From assembly GCA_964539505.1 (NCBI GenBank), contig CAZIJS010000006.1, positions 1 through 54,166 of the forward strand: 54,166 bases of DNA, written 5' to 3'. Below the pieces are notes generated by a model. It did not search any database. It was given only the letters and a program-made list of their open reading frames with translations, and was not told where the DNA came from. This document shows, piece after piece, positions 38,210 through 48,748 of this stretch. Made by a program: the position numbers and the translations under genes. Each line of letters starts with the position of its first letter. Position 1 is the first letter of the stretch. The stretch comes from an uncultured Myxococcales bacterium (GTDB lineage: Bacteria > Myxococcota_A > Polyangia > HGW-17 > SLPX01).

Positions 38210-40510
38210 CTACCAGCCAATGGGAATCCTGGATGCTGCCTGGGCATCCAAGGACCCGGCCGTGACGCCAGGCACATTGTCATAGCCGATCTGCAGCGAG
38301 ACGAACCGCCGCCGCAAAGCCTCGACCAGAGCCTCTGCCCTGCCTTCGGCATCTGTTGCACCAGGCTGGGGTGCCAACCCGATCTCGAGAGCCTCGATGC
38401 CGGTGGATCGGGGCAACACCCGAAGCCATGCAGCCTCAGGGCCCACCAGATCCATCCGGAGAGAACGCAGGAAGCGAAGGGACAAGAACCGACCCATGGC
38501 CTTGGCGTCCAGGCGCCATCCAGCCAGGTCGAGATGCTGCAACGCGGCAAAAGAAGCCAGGACGCGCTGTGCCCGGCTGGTCAGAACCGGCCATCGGGCA
38601 AGAGGGGCTTCTCCCACCTGGGCGATGGCAAGGGCCTCGATCCCGGACAGGCGCGACAGGCCAGAGACGAACAGGGATGTCAAGGCAGGATTGAGGGACA
38701 CCTGAAGCACCTTCAGATGCCTCAAGGACTGGATGACCCGCACCGCTGAGTCGTCGAGGCGGTTGTGGGCCAGGTTGAGCACCTCCAACCCGGTCAGACG
38801 AGAAAGCGGTGCCAGGTCTGAGGACCGAAGGTTCTTGTCGGCCAGGTTCAGCACCTGCAGATGCGCCAATTTTGCCAGGAAGGAAACGATCCTTCCGTCC
38901 AGGCCCCGACAGCCGGACAGGTCGAGATACCGAAGATAGGACATCTTTGCAATGACCGGGCCCAGGTCATTGGAACAATGCCTTCCCCGCAGGACCAATG
39001 TCTCGATGGGTGCCTCGACAAAGGGAGCCAGGGTTCGTGCGTCCAGATCCCGTCCTGTCTGTCTCGACTGCTGGACGAAAGGCAATGCTGATCGCACAAA
39101 CGGGCGCAGCCATCGGCTCACGACCGGTTGCCCGCCTGTCGTGGTGTCCAGGATGAGCATTTCCAGGCGAGGCAGACCCATGGGCGGCAAGGACCGCAGT
39201 GTTCGCCCCGTCCCAGCCACCAGCAGCGCCCTGAGCCGCTTCATCCCTGGAAACAGGTCTCGAAACATTGCTATCCAGGCATCGGAGGCCAGGGCCAGGG
39301 CCTCGACCCTGTCCAAGCAGGATCCGCAGGAAACCGGCTTACTCCCGCCGACATCGCTTCCCTGCCTCGTTCCCCATAATCCCAATTCCAGCAACCCGCT
39401 CGTCCGGGAAACCAAAGCAGCGACCGTCTGGGCAGACACCCGAAGGGCCAAGACCCGACGGATGCGATCCAGACCGCCCGAACGCGCCAACACCGAAAGG
39501 CCTGCGCCCGTCGCCGCAACGCTCCAAGCCCTCTTGGCCCTGGACGGCAACCAGGTGGGGTCCAGGTCGGAAGCATCCAGCGCACGCAGCCCCGTTGCCA
39601 AGGACTGATCCGCAGGTGACTTCGGCCCCCGGGGCGGCCAGAGCGCAGATACGGGACGACAGGATCCCGGTAACCAGCGCCCCCCACGCAGGCTTCCAGG
39701 CGGTACGAAACAAGCCCTGCCTGACCCGGACCCGAAGAATCTGAGGCCAGGGAGGGATGGCACCATGGACATGGGTTCCGGACTGCGCCCTGCGCCCCCG
39801 AAATCCCCGGCTCCCTTGGTCCTGGAACGCCGGACCCAGAGGGCGTAGAGTTTGTCGGCCAGAATCCTGACAGGTTCGAGAGACCCACGAGCCTGGTTTG
39901 CAATGAGACAAAGGGCCGGAGAACGGACCTGGGCGAGGGCCTGCAGGATCAACTTGTCCCAGGGCCGCTGCGCCAGATTCCAGGTGATGCTCTGCAGCGT
40001 CTTGGCATGGGACGCAATAATGGAAAGCACTCGTTTGCGCGACATCTGTCCGTCGATGACGATCCCTGTGACCAGGCCGTCTCGAACCCACAAGGGGCCC
40101 TGTCGCCACCAGCGATGGTCATCGAGGTCCGTTCGGATGCGACACAAGTCCCCCGAGACATCCACCTGCCCCAGGGCCACCGGCAAGGGGCGGGGTCTGC
40201 CGGCGCGACCAAGACTCTCGAACGCCACACGCACAGGAATGGACCAAGGCACCATGGGACGGTCCTGTTCATGCGCTCCTTCGGTCCTGGCCGGTCGTCT
40301 GCGGCCAGGCCGCTTCCCTGCCCGTACCATGCCAGACCCCTTTGCCGGTCGGCAGGAAGAAGACAAAACCAGGACGGCTGCGATCAACATGAAAACGCAG
40401 CGCCCTCCGCTCCCGTCCGAAAGCCGGTCAGTAAGCACGGCAGGTGAGATTCTTTCCCTGAACCAATGCTCTGCTGTTCGCTCTCGCATCATAGATTCCT
40501 GTTCGCACAA
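38210..40510 (-). CDS. Leucine-rich repeat protein, possibly a lipoprotein
   Basis: LRYLDLSGC, LQVLNLAD, LEVLNLAHNRL, LKVLQVSLN, LQHLDLAG. Hydrophobic LIAAVLVLSSSC near the N-terminus. Start uncertain. Confidence 0.75.
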   Translation of the reverse strand: MCEQESMMRERTAEHWFRERISPAVLTDRLSDGSGGRCVFMLIAAVLVLSSSCRPAKGSGMVRAGKRPGRRRPARTEGAHEQDRPMVPWSIPVRVAFESLGRAGRPRPLPVALGQVDVSGDLCRIRTDLDDHRWWRQGPLWVRDGLVTGIVIDGQMSRKRVLSIIASHAKTLQSITWNLAQRPWDKLILQALAQVRSPALCLIANQARGSLEPVRILADKLYALWVRRSRTKGAGDFGGAGRSPEPMSMVPSLPGLRFFGSGSGRACFVPPGSLRGGRWLPGSCRPVSALWPPRGPKSPADQSLATGLRALDASDLDPTWLPSRAKRAWSVAATGAGLSVLARSGGLDRIRRVLALRVSAQTVAALVSRTSGLLELGLWGTRQGSDVGGSKPVSCGSCLDRVEALALASDAWIAMFRDLFPGMKRLRALLVAGTGRTLRSLPPMGLPRLEMLILDTTTGGQPVVSRWLRPFVRSALPFVQQSRQTGRDLDARTLAPFVEAPIETLVLRGRHCSNDLGPVIAKMSYLRYLDLSGCRGLDGRIVSFLAKLAHLQVLNLADKNLRSSDLAPLSRLTGLEVLNLAHNRLDDSAVRVIQSLRHLKVLQVSLNPALTSLFVSGLSRLSGIEALAIAQVGEAPLARWPVLTSRAQRVLASFAALQHLDLAGWRLDAKAMGRFLSLRFLRSLRMDLVGPEAAWLRVLPRSTGIEALEIGLAPQPGATDAEGRAEALVEALRRRFVSLQIGYDNVPGVTAGSLDAQAASRIPIGW

Positions 40511-40578
40511 AAAACTGTCACTCTATCCATCGCGCGTCGTGATGGCCGCCCAGCGCAGTGATATCAGCCCTGGCTGGA

Positions 40579-40607
40579 TTGTCTCGACTCATTTTTGCGG
40601 ATACACT
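40579..40607 (+). promoter_or_regulatory. Putative sigma70 promoter
   Basis: TTGTCT-17 nt-TACACT upstream of the SpoIID-domain gene. Confidence 0.5.
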
Positions 40608-40672
40608 AAAATTATTTCGTCTCTGTTTCCAGAACGAACGAGCCTACGAATCACGAGGCAACAGGCGACCCA

Positions 40673-41830
40673 ATGCCCCATGCGACGCCACCAACTCGAC
40701 CACCCATGATGCCACGGCGTCTTCTCCCCGGACTCGTCACATTGGCTCAGATGCTGCTCGCCGTGGCATGCGGCATGGACCAGGGGCCTGACCTGGAAAC
40801 GAGACGCCAACGGATCATGGCCTATTGCACGGTGAACCTGGAAGGCCAGTCCATTCCCACCGAATCAGACTATTTGCCCCACGTGGTGGCCTGCGAAAAC
40901 GGGTCGGCTCCCTTCGAAGCCCTCAAGGCCCAGGCCGTGGCGGCCAGGACGTTTGCCTATTACAAAATGGATTCATCCGGGATCCTCCATGACGGCACCG
41001 GCGACCAGGTCTATACCTGTAGCAGACAACCCCAGCAGGTCCACTACGACGCGGTCAATGCCACTGCCGGGCAGGTGCTCCGCTACGACTCGGTGACCAT
41101 CTGCTCTTTCTTCGTGGCTGGTGCTATCCCCAGTACGAACGACTGCGTGGCCGCAGCCTCGGACTCGGACCCTACGAACACCGAACGTTACGTCACCTAC
41201 AACGAAGGCCTGACAGGAAACAACATCCACCAGACGACCCTTGGTTGGGTCAACAGCGGAAACGACTACAACCGCGGCTGTCTGTCCCAGAACGGGTCGA
41301 GCTGTCTCGACAGTCGCCGAAGCTACGACTATCGAGACATTCTGCGTTTCTACTACGGTGCAGACATCGCAATCGTCACCGCCGAAGGGCCCTGCATCCA
41401 GCCTCGGGACGGAGACTCGGACGGATACGATGAAACCCAGGATTGTGACGACACCGATCCGAATATTCATCCTGGAGCCCAGGAAATCTGCGAAAACGGC
41501 GTCGACGAAGACTGCGACGGGTCCGACGAGCCCTGCCCCGAGCCAGACGCTGCGATGCAACCAGATGCCGCGGTGGAGGCAGACAGAGACGCCGATCGTG
41601 ACGCAAGCCTGGTGGATGGAGCGACCAAGGATGGGGCCCTTCCGTTGGACGCCCATCCAGGCATGGATGGAAGTGGACAGGTCGATGCATCCAGTCCAGG
41701 AGAAGAAGGCTCGCTGTCGATCCGAGGCGGGTGCGACTGCCGGCAACCAGCCAGTCCTGCACATCCTTGGTTCATTCTGATTTGGGCGCCCCTGCTTCTC
41801 CCCATGCTCCGAAAGAACCGCAGACGGTGA
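40673..41830 (+). CDS. SpoIID/LytB-domain protein with MopE-like metal-binding repeat and MYXO-CTERM-like tail
   Basis: YLPHVVACE...EALKAQAVAARTFA; DGDSDGY...DCDDTDPNIHPGAQEICENGVDEDCDG; C-terminus GGCDCR...WFILIWAPLLLPMLRKNRRR. Confidence 0.82.
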   Translation: MPHATPPTRPPMMPRRLLPGLVTLAQMLLAVACGMDQGPDLETRRQRIMAYCTVNLEGQSIPTESDYLPHVVACENGSAPFEALKAQAVAARTFAYYKMDSSGILHDGTGDQVYTCSRQPQQVHYDAVNATAGQVLRYDSVTICSFFVAGAIPSTNDCVAAASDSDPTNTERYVTYNEGLTGNNIHQTTLGWVNSGNDYNRGCLSQNGSSCLDSRRSYDYRDILRFYYGADIAIVTAEGPCIQPRDGDSDGYDETQDCDDTDPNIHPGAQEICENGVDEDCDGSDEPCPEPDAAMQPDAAVEADRDADRDASLVDGATKDGALPLDAHPGMDGSGQVDASSPGEEGSLSIRGGCDCRQPASPAHPWFILIWAPLLLPMLRKNRRR

Positions 41831-41914
41831 CAGGTCATTGACAGGGACAAAACAGCCAAGGTTCGCCAAAGGCGGACAACCGGCCAAAATGGCAATGATG
41901 GCAATGCTCCCGCC

Positions 41915-41943
41915 TTGCCGTTGCGTTGCCAGCCTGCTATAAC
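41915..41943 (+). promoter_or_regulatory. Putative sigma70 promoter of the dsbD-like gene
   Basis: TTGCCG-17 nt-TATAAC with a TG extended -10. Confidence 0.55.
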
Positions 41944-41999
41944 TCCCCGAAAATCTTTCGTTGATCTGTTGGCTCGCCCAGGCGACATCGAGGCACAAT

Positions 42000-43331
42000 A
42001 TGGACCGAAAACTCCGTCGTTTCCTCGTCCTTTCAGCAATCGCTCTTCCCGTAATCGCCCTGATCTTCCAGGGCACTGCCCTGGCATCCGGCCATGGAGC
42101 CCTTCCTTCATCCTTCCGGGCGGCCATGTCCAAGGGCTGGGCTTGGGCCTATTTCTTCGTCTTCCTGGGAGGCGTCGGAAGTTGCCTGACGCCTTGCGTC
42201 TATCCCCTCATCGCCATCACGGTAAGCATCTTCGTCGGGGCAGAGGCCTCGGAAAACAAGCTCAAGAGCCTCGGACTGACGGGCATGTATACCCTGGGCC
42301 TGGCGGTCACCATGTCGGTCCTCGGGCTGGTGGCCGGACTGGCAGGGGGCAGGGGCATGGGGGATCATCTCGCAAGTCCCTGGGTGGTCATTCCGCTGGC
42401 TGCGCTCTTTCTGGTCCTGGCATCCTCCATGTTCGGAGCCTTCGAACTCAGGTTGCCCGCCTCCTGGAACGATCGTCTCAACCGTGTGGGAGGCGCCGGC
42501 CCCTGGGGTGCCTTTCTCATGGGACTGGTGGGAGGTCTCATCGCCCTGCCCTGCACCGGGCCGGTACTTGCGGGGATCCTGGCCTTCGTGGGCGCCAAGG
42601 GAAACGCTGTCATCGGTCTCACCATGCTCATGACCTATGCCGTCGGGTTTGGCCTGGCGTTCTGGGTGATCGCCACCTTCTCCATGTGGCTGCCCAGGTC
42701 GGGTCGCTGGATGGAGGGAGTCAAGGCCTTTTTCGGCGTGGTGCTCGTGGTGGTGGCGCTGTATTTTCTCGAAATCATCTTTCCCTCTTGGCGCCGTATC
42801 GCCAGTCCCCACTGGTGGTTTCTCGGACTGAGCCTGGGACTGGCCACGGCAGGAGGGATGCTCGGGGCATTCCACCTGACGTTCCATGGTTCTTCCACGA
42901 GCCAGAAGGTGCGCAAGGGCCTGGGGCTGCTCCTGGTCGTATTGGGGTCAATGGGCTTGCTCCATTTCATCATGGCGCCCAAGGTGCACCTGGCGCACCG
43001 GACAGACGTCGGCAAGACCCTTGCAGCGGCGCAGTCCGAGCACAAGCCCGTGCTCATGGATTTTTGGGCATCTTATTGCACGCCCTGTCTCGAGATGGAC
43101 AAACGGACCTTCGGCAACCCGGAAGTGGCCAAGGCGATCCGACAGCGATTCGAATTCGTCAAAGTGGACTGCACCAAGGATACGCCAAAGGTGCGCCGAC
43201 TGCGCAAGAAATACAAGGCCCTGGAACTGCCCACCATCGTCATTTTGGACAGCAGTCAAAAACTGATCTTCCACCATTCGGGCTTTTTGTCTCCCAAGGA
43301 ACTGCTCGAACAACTGGCCAAGGCAAAGTAA
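42000..43331 (+). CDS. dsbD: Thiol:disulfide interchange protein DsbD-like (CcdA TM domain plus thioredoxin)
   Basis: LTPCVYPLI and ALPCTGPVL in the TM domain, LPRSGRWM, thioredoxin DFWASYCTPC. Start ATG 42000. Confidence 0.88.
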   Translation: MDRKLRRFLVLSAIALPVIALIFQGTALASGHGALPSSFRAAMSKGWAWAYFFVFLGGVGSCLTPCVYPLIAITVSIFVGAEASENKLKSLGLTGMYTLGLAVTMSVLGLVAGLAGGRGMGDHLASPWVVIPLAALFLVLASSMFGAFELRLPASWNDRLNRVGGAGPWGAFLMGLVGGLIALPCTGPVLAGILAFVGAKGNAVIGLTMLMTYAVGFGLAFWVIATFSMWLPRSGRWMEGVKAFFGVVLVVVALYFLEIIFPSWRRIASPHWWFLGLSLGLATAGGMLGAFHLTFHGSSTSQKVRKGLGLLLVVLGSMGLLHFIMAPKVHLAHRTDVGKTLAAAQSEHKPVLMDFWASYCTPCLEMDKRTFGNPEVAKAIRQRFEFVKVDCTKDTPKVRRLRKKYKALELPTIVILDSSQKLIFHHSGFLSPKELLEQLAKAK

Positions 43332-43427
43332 CGAGCCAGGTCATGTCATAGACTCTTGGGGAATCCCAGGAGGGACCGAGAAAAAAAACGAAAGAGGGGG
43401 GCTTCTGCGATGATGGAGAAACCGGAC

Positions 43428-44000
43428 TCAGATGACAACCGAGGGAGTCTCGATGAGGCCGTAGTTTCCGTCTTCACGGCGGTAGACCACATTGACCGCC
43501 TTGGTCTCGGCGTTGGTGAACACCAGGAACGCACGGCTTTCGAGATCGAGCTGCATGATCGCCTCTTCGATGGTCAGAGGCCGCGCGGTAAACTCTGAAG
43601 TCCGGACCACCTCGGGCACAGCCAACTCTTCTTCCTCGATTCCGCTCTGTTCCGGTTCGGGAGCGGCCAGGACATTGTGACGAATGGACACTTCCGGGCC
43701 GGTTCTGGGTTTGTGGCGACGGATCCGATCCTTGTAGCGCCGAACTTGTCGTTCCAGTTTCTCGACGGCCCGATCGATGGACTTGTACATGTCGTCGGTG
43801 GCTTCTTCCGCCTTGAGCAGAAGACCGTTGTGCAACACGATGTTCACATCGACTTTGTGACGGTATCGTTCCACATCCAAGACCACGTTCGCGGTGATTG
43901 GATCCGTCAGGTATTTCTGTAACCTTTGGATCCGCTCATAGGCGTGCTCTCGGATGGCGTCACTGGGGTCCATTTTCCTGAAGGTGACGGAGAACTGCAT
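43428..44000 (-). CDS. hpf: Ribosome hibernation promoting factor (long HPF/RaiA)
   Basis: DMYKSIDRAVEKLERQVRRYK, EEAIMQL...FLVFTN...VNVVYRREDGNYGLIE. Lies downstream of rpoN. ATG 44000 after GGAGG. Confidence 0.95.
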   Translation of the reverse strand: MQFSVTFRKMDPSDAIREHAYERIQRLQKYLTDPITANVVLDVERYRHKVDVNIVLHNGLLLKAEEATDDMYKSIDRAVEKLERQVRRYKDRIRRHKPRTGPEVSIRHNVLAAPEPEQSGIEEEELAVPEVVRTSEFTARPLTIEEAIMQLDLESRAFLVFTNAETKAVNVVYRREDGNYGLIETPSVVI

Positions 44001-44103
44001 GCTCCTGCCTCCTGTGTGGTGGTTGGTCGAATACACCGAACTGCCGTCGGTGCGGGTTGCCGAATGGAAACGGGATTGGAGAAAAGCTGCGCTTCATCCT
44101 CAC

Positions 44104-45588
44104 TCAAAAATACCTGCGACGCTTCGATGAACTCAGGATCCCGAGCTGCTCGCGGTATTTTGCAACGGTGCGTCGAGCAATTTCAATGCCCTGCTCGCGC
44201 AAAATGGCGACGATTTTCTGGTCGCTGTATGGCTTCTTCGAATCCTCCGACGCAATGATCTCCTTGATCTTTTGTTTCACGGTCTCGGAAGCCACTTCCT
44301 GGCCGTCCGACTTTTGTATCCCACTATTGAAGAAGTATTTAAGCTCAAATATTCCCTGGGGCGTATGAACGTACTTGTTCGTCGTGACCCGGGAAATCGT
44401 AGACTCGTGCATTCCCACGTCATCTGCCACGTCCCGAAGCACCATGGGCCTGAGGTACGCAATTCCCTTGTCGAAAAACTCCCGTTGAAATTTCACGATG
44501 CTCTCGGTGACCCGGATGATGGTCCGCTGTCTCTGCTGAATCGACCGGATGAGCCACTGGGCCGACCGAAGCTTCTGCTGAATATATTGCCTGGCCTGCT
44601 CCCCGCCCTGGGCCATGGCAGCCCGATAATAATTCGAAATCCTGAGCTTGGGCAAACCGTCATCGTTGGACACCACGAAATAGTCGCCCGCCACCTTGTG
44701 CACGTAGACATCCGGCGTGATGTAATGCGGATCGTCTGCAGAATACTGGCGTCCGGGCTTTGGATCCAGGCTCAAAATCACCTTGGCGGTCTCATAAATC
44801 TCCTCGATGGGCTGATGGAGCGCCTTGGCGATGGCCTGGTAATCGTGCTTTTCGAGCTCTGCCATGTGGTCTGTGAGCATGGCCACCAGCACATCGGTGT
44901 CCTCACCGAGATGCCTCGCCTGGATGAGGAGACATTCGCTCAGATCCCTCGCAGCCACGCCCACGGGATCGAACTCCTGGATCCGACGCAAGACCGCTTC
45001 GGCCTGCTCGATATTGACCTGGGCCTGCTCGGCAATCTCCATGAGACTCGGCTCGCGAAAATAGCCGTTGGGGTCGATGTTACCGATGATGAGGGTTCCG
45101 ACCCGTTCCTCCCACCCCTCCATGTTGGACATCTGGAGCTGCCACATGAGATGATCCGTCAACGAAGGCTTCTTCGAAACCGTGGCCTCAAAGCTGGGGC
45201 CTTCTTCGTCGCGAACCCGGGTGGAAGGCATGGGAGCCGAAGCGCTGTAGTTCTCGAGGTAGGCGTCCCAGTCCACTTCGTTCACCGTGGACTCATCGCC
45301 AGAGACTTCCTTGACGCCGGGATCGGCCTCCTCGGGGGCCTTGGGGGCTGCTTCGCGATCGGGCGCATCCACGCCGGAAGCCTCCGGCGGTTCGGGGTCC
45401 CGGGAGCTGTCCGGCTCGGCTCCCACCTCGTTTCCGTCCTCCAGCACAGGGTTTTCGAGCAGCTCCTTGCGAACGACATCCACCAGTTCCATGCGCGAAA
45501 GCTGCAGCAACTTGATGGCCTGCTGTAGCTGGGGTGTCATGACGAGCTGCTGGGTTAGCTTGAGCTGCTGCCTCAGTTCCAGCGACAT
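44104..45588 (-). CDS. rpoN: RNA polymerase sigma-54 factor
   Basis: QLVMTPQLQQAIKLLQL, HESTISR, RpoN box ARRTVAKYRE. Confidence 0.98.
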   Translation of the reverse strand: MSLELRQQLKLTQQLVMTPQLQQAIKLLQLSRMELVDVVRKELLENPVLEDGNEVGAEPDSSRDPEPPEASGVDAPDREAAPKAPEEADPGVKEVSGDESTVNEVDWDAYLENYSASAPMPSTRVRDEEGPSFEATVSKKPSLTDHLMWQLQMSNMEGWEERVGTLIIGNIDPNGYFREPSLMEIAEQAQVNIEQAEAVLRRIQEFDPVGVAARDLSECLLIQARHLGEDTDVLVAMLTDHMAELEKHDYQAIAKALHQPIEEIYETAKVILSLDPKPGRQYSADDPHYITPDVYVHKVAGDYFVVSNDDGLPKLRISNYYRAAMAQGGEQARQYIQQKLRSAQWLIRSIQQRQRTIIRVTESIVKFQREFFDKGIAYLRPMVLRDVADDVGMHESTISRVTTNKYVHTPQGIFELKYFFNSGIQKSDGQEVASETVKQKIKEIIASEDSKKPYSDQKIVAILREQGIEIARRTVAKYREQLGILSSSKRRRYF

Positions 45589-45855
45589 TCATCCTCCTCC
45601 GACCGCCGCCGATACAGCCTTTTTCTGTCATCCAAACCAGGCTCGCACCACCAGCGGACACCATTTCAATGTAGCACCGAAAGCCCACCTGGAAAAGGGA
45701 AGATCGGACCAAAAGCAATGGCAGCAGTCTCCTACTGCATCCAGGAAGGAACCAGTGGATGGCCGTTGACCAGCAGTCAAGCCCGGCCTATGATTCGAGC
45801 GTCTTTCCGGCTGAATCCATCCGCGGTCGGACCAGAGAAACGTGCGGAGGCTCCA

Positions 45856-47058
45856 TTGAACAATCTCTCTCTCTCGGCCAAGAGGAAACGAGGACAGGTC
45901 GCCATCCTTTGTGTGGCAGCCGCCTCGATGCTCGCCACGGGCTGCCGGAAAAAGCCCAACAAGAATCGCTATGAAATCCTGGACCGATCGCCGGAGAAAA
46001 CAGGACAAGGAAACAAGACGGGTGGCAGCAGACAACGAAGCAGATCGGCCGGTCCAAGATCCGCCCAGGTTGTGGCGAGGCCGAGACAAGGCCTCACCAG
46101 GGCACCAGAGCTCCAGGTCATGTCCCAAGGAAGCAAACCACGAACACAGTTCACCGGTCGCCTTCCTGCTGGTCTGCAGGCGGTCTACCAAACGAGCGTC
46201 AGACAAGTCACGGCAGCACCCGAGCCCATCGGCTCGTTCGAGTCCTCCTTCCAATTTCGACTCACACAGACCCTGCTCGACTCAGCCCAAGCGCACAAAA
46301 GCGCCGACGATCCTGCCCCGAAGAAGGCTGTGCAGTACGAGCCGCACAAAAAGGGCAGACCGGCAACCTCCCCCAAAAAACCACAGACGAACGTTCCCTC
46401 CATTATGGGCCAGCCCTTGCGGGTGACCCTCGACCAGGTGCATGTCACCCTCCCCAAGCGATTTTTCGTCAATGGAAAACTTCTTGCCAAGCAGCTCGAG
46501 GGCGTCTCCTATCTAGCCAGCCTCTTGCCCGATGGCAGCCTGAGCAACCTCCATGTGGAAGGGCCGCTGCCCAAAGACCTCACCGCGAGCCTGGAACGAC
46601 TGGGCAGGAGCCTGAACCGGCTCCAGCCCCCCATACCCCGCCTAGCCTTGGGCAAGGGGGCAGCCTGGCGGGTCACGTCCCTGTTCAGGGTCGGGGGGCA
46701 CCTGTCTCTTCCACACACCGATATCCAGGTGACCATGATCACGGACTACCATCTGGATGCTTTCGAGCAGACGCCTTACGGGAGAGCCGGAAAAATCTCG
46801 ACGACAGTCTCTGTTCAGGGGAAAAACAAATCGACCACGGTCCCGATATCGGCCACAGGCCGCGGCAAAGGCTCCATTCTTCTCCTGGTCAGCCCCTCCC
46901 TGGTCCTGAGCCACAGCAGCCAGACAACCATCGAAAGCAGCGTCCAGGGCAAAAAGTCTTCCAACAGCACCTTCATGAAACTGACCCTGCAATCTTTGAA
47001 ACAGCCAAAGAACAAAGATGTCCGGGCCCAGACAGGAAAGAACGGCCGCCATCGGTGA
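45856..47058 (+). CDS. Hypothetical lipoprotein, beta-rich
   Basis: TTG 45856 after GGAGG, basic n-region, hydrophobic stretch and lipobox LATGC. No recognised family. Confidence 0.6.
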   Translation: MNNLSLSAKRKRGQVAILCVAAASMLATGCRKKPNKNRYEILDRSPEKTGQGNKTGGSRQRSRSAGPRSAQVVARPRQGLTRAPELQVMSQGSKPRTQFTGRLPAGLQAVYQTSVRQVTAAPEPIGSFESSFQFRLTQTLLDSAQAHKSADDPAPKKAVQYEPHKKGRPATSPKKPQTNVPSIMGQPLRVTLDQVHVTLPKRFFVNGKLLAKQLEGVSYLASLLPDGSLSNLHVEGPLPKDLTASLERLGRSLNRLQPPIPRLALGKGAAWRVTSLFRVGGHLSLPHTDIQVTMITDYHLDAFEQTPYGRAGKISTTVSVQGKNKSTTVPISATGRGKGSILLLVSPSLVLSHSSQTTIESSVQGKKSSNSTFMKLTLQSLKQPKNKDVRAQTGKNGRHR

Positions 47059-47143
47059 ACGGCACTGAAGTTTTGGCGGACTCATCGATGGGCCCACCCA
47101 TTTTATCCAAAAACCGCCAAGTCTTCGACCCGAGCCAATAGGC

Positions 47144-48748
47144 TCATGCCCCCCGCTCTGGACCACGGGACAGGAGACCTTCCGTCACCTTCGCATCGAA
47201 CCAACCAAAGAATTCAGACAGGCACTGCTTGCGGCGATCATCGAGGAAATCGAAATTTTCGCCCCGGTCGATGATTTCCCAAAAATCCTTCGAATCGATA
47301 CTCATGAGTTCCGAATAAATCGACCGGAGCCGGTCGGGTTTTTCGTCTTTCATGTCATCGAACACACGCCGGGCCAGATCTTGCTCGCCCTCTGCCAGGA
47401 AATACGTGGCCAACTTGATCTGGGCCTTGCGCACGCCGCGAAGCGACGTCTCTTGCTCCTCGGCCTCCGGTTCTTTGTCTACCTGGAGGAAGATTGCCAG
47501 CAGTCTATCCAAGGCCTCGGAACCCTTTTTGTGGGAGCGTTCACACAGGGTTCCCAGGTCATAGGCCACCGTTTCCGTCACGAAGGACAGCTTCATGCCA
47601 AAAGCCACCTGGGCATAATACTTGAAATATCCTCCCACCTCTACGGCCCGTTTCCATCGCCCTGCATCGATCATGGCTTCCACGAGCTGGCGGTACTGGT
47701 TGAGGATATTGTATGCGGTCCGAATGTCCCTGGCGTTGAGCGTGGCCCGCATGAACGTGTTGAAAAACTTGACGGTCAACCCGAGAACCTCGTCCTCGTG
47801 CTCTGCCAATGCCGCCACGCCGAGATACCGCGTGTTGATGGCAATCTCGTAGTTGATGTCGCGCATCCGGTTGAGGGCCTCGGCATACACCATCTGGTAC
47901 TGGCGCAGCAACTTGTACTCCACCCAAGTCCGCTGCCGCGACATCTCGTCGAGCCGCCCCCTGCTCATGGCCACGAAATCGGGATCCGAAGCCACCGGCC
48001 CGGTGATCTCGAACCACTCCTCCGGCAGATTCTTCTTGCGCACCAGGTACTCTGCACCAAGGTCGCGCAGGGCGTCCACCGAACGGGATGCAATGATCTT
48101 GTCCTTGTTTTCGAGCGTGTTGAGCGCTACGTCAGACAGCTCTTCGATCCCGTCAATCATCATGTCTTTGGCTCGGGGCAAAATCGCGAGTGCCCGGCCA
48201 GACAGGGACCTGTCCACGGTCTGTTGGCGAATTCGGGACACCACATTTTGTGGATCGAGAAAATGAAACACGTAGGCGAAATAGGGGGTCATGGCCAAAA
48301 TGGCCATGGTCAACAAGACGAAGAGCACCACGAGCCCCACTACGGGCACGTAATACTCGGCTCCCGCCCGAATGGAAAACGTCACCCAAATGCAATAGAC
48401 GGACGTGACCACGAAAAAGGCCAGAAACGACAGGTTCGTCTTGTCCGAGACGAACATCTCGGTGATCCGGGGCGTGTACCTGGTGGCGGCCAATTCCACG
48501 ATAATCGATGCCACCGTGATGAGGATACCCAAGAGAGCCGCCACGACTTCTGTCAGACCACTCACCATCTGCTGGGCATCTCCGGGCTGTGCCCCCACGA
48601 TGAGATCCCAAAGGCCCACTCCCGAATGACGCCCCACGACATAATAATCGATGAACACCACCAGGACGAGCAGGGACAACGAGGCCATCCCGAGGACCAC
48701 GAGCGGCCGAAACCAGATCCGCCATCGGTTCGCCACTGCCTCGCGCAT
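47144..48748 (-). CDS. DUF2254-like membrane protein
   Basis: Four N-terminal TMs with IIVELAATRYTPRI motif, then a long helical cytoplasmic region. Start ATG 48748. Confidence 0.7.
   Translation of the reverse strand: MREAVANRWRIWFRPLVVLGMASLSLLVLVVFIDYYVVGRHSGVGLWDLIVGAQPGDAQQMVSGLTEVVAALLGILITVASIIVELAATRYTPRITEMFVSDKTNLSFLAFFVVTSVYCIWVTFSIRAGAEYYVPVVGLVVLFVLLTMAILAMTPYFAYVFHFLDPQNVVSRIRQQTVDRSLSGRALAILPRAKDMMIDGIEELSDVALNTLENKDKIIASRSVDALRDLGAEYLVRKKNLPEEWFEITGPVASDPDFVAMSRGRLDEMSRQRTWVEYKLLRQYQMVYAEALNRMRDINYEIAINTRYLGVAALAEHEDEVLGLTVKFFNTFMRATLNARDIRTAYNILNQYRQLVEAMIDAGRWKRAVEVGGYFKYYAQVAFGMKLSFVTETVAYDLGTLCERSHKKGSEALDRLLAIFLQVDKEPEAEEQETSLRGVRKAQIKLATYFLAEGEQDLARRVFDDMKDEKPDRLRSIYSELMSIDSKDFWEIIDRGENFDFLDDRRKQCLSEFFGWFDAKVTEGLLSRGPERGA

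Noticed and set aside
43428-45588. rpoN-hpf without flanking lptB or ptsN as a novelty
   Set aside because: Rearrangement of this neighbourhood is common and implies no new function.
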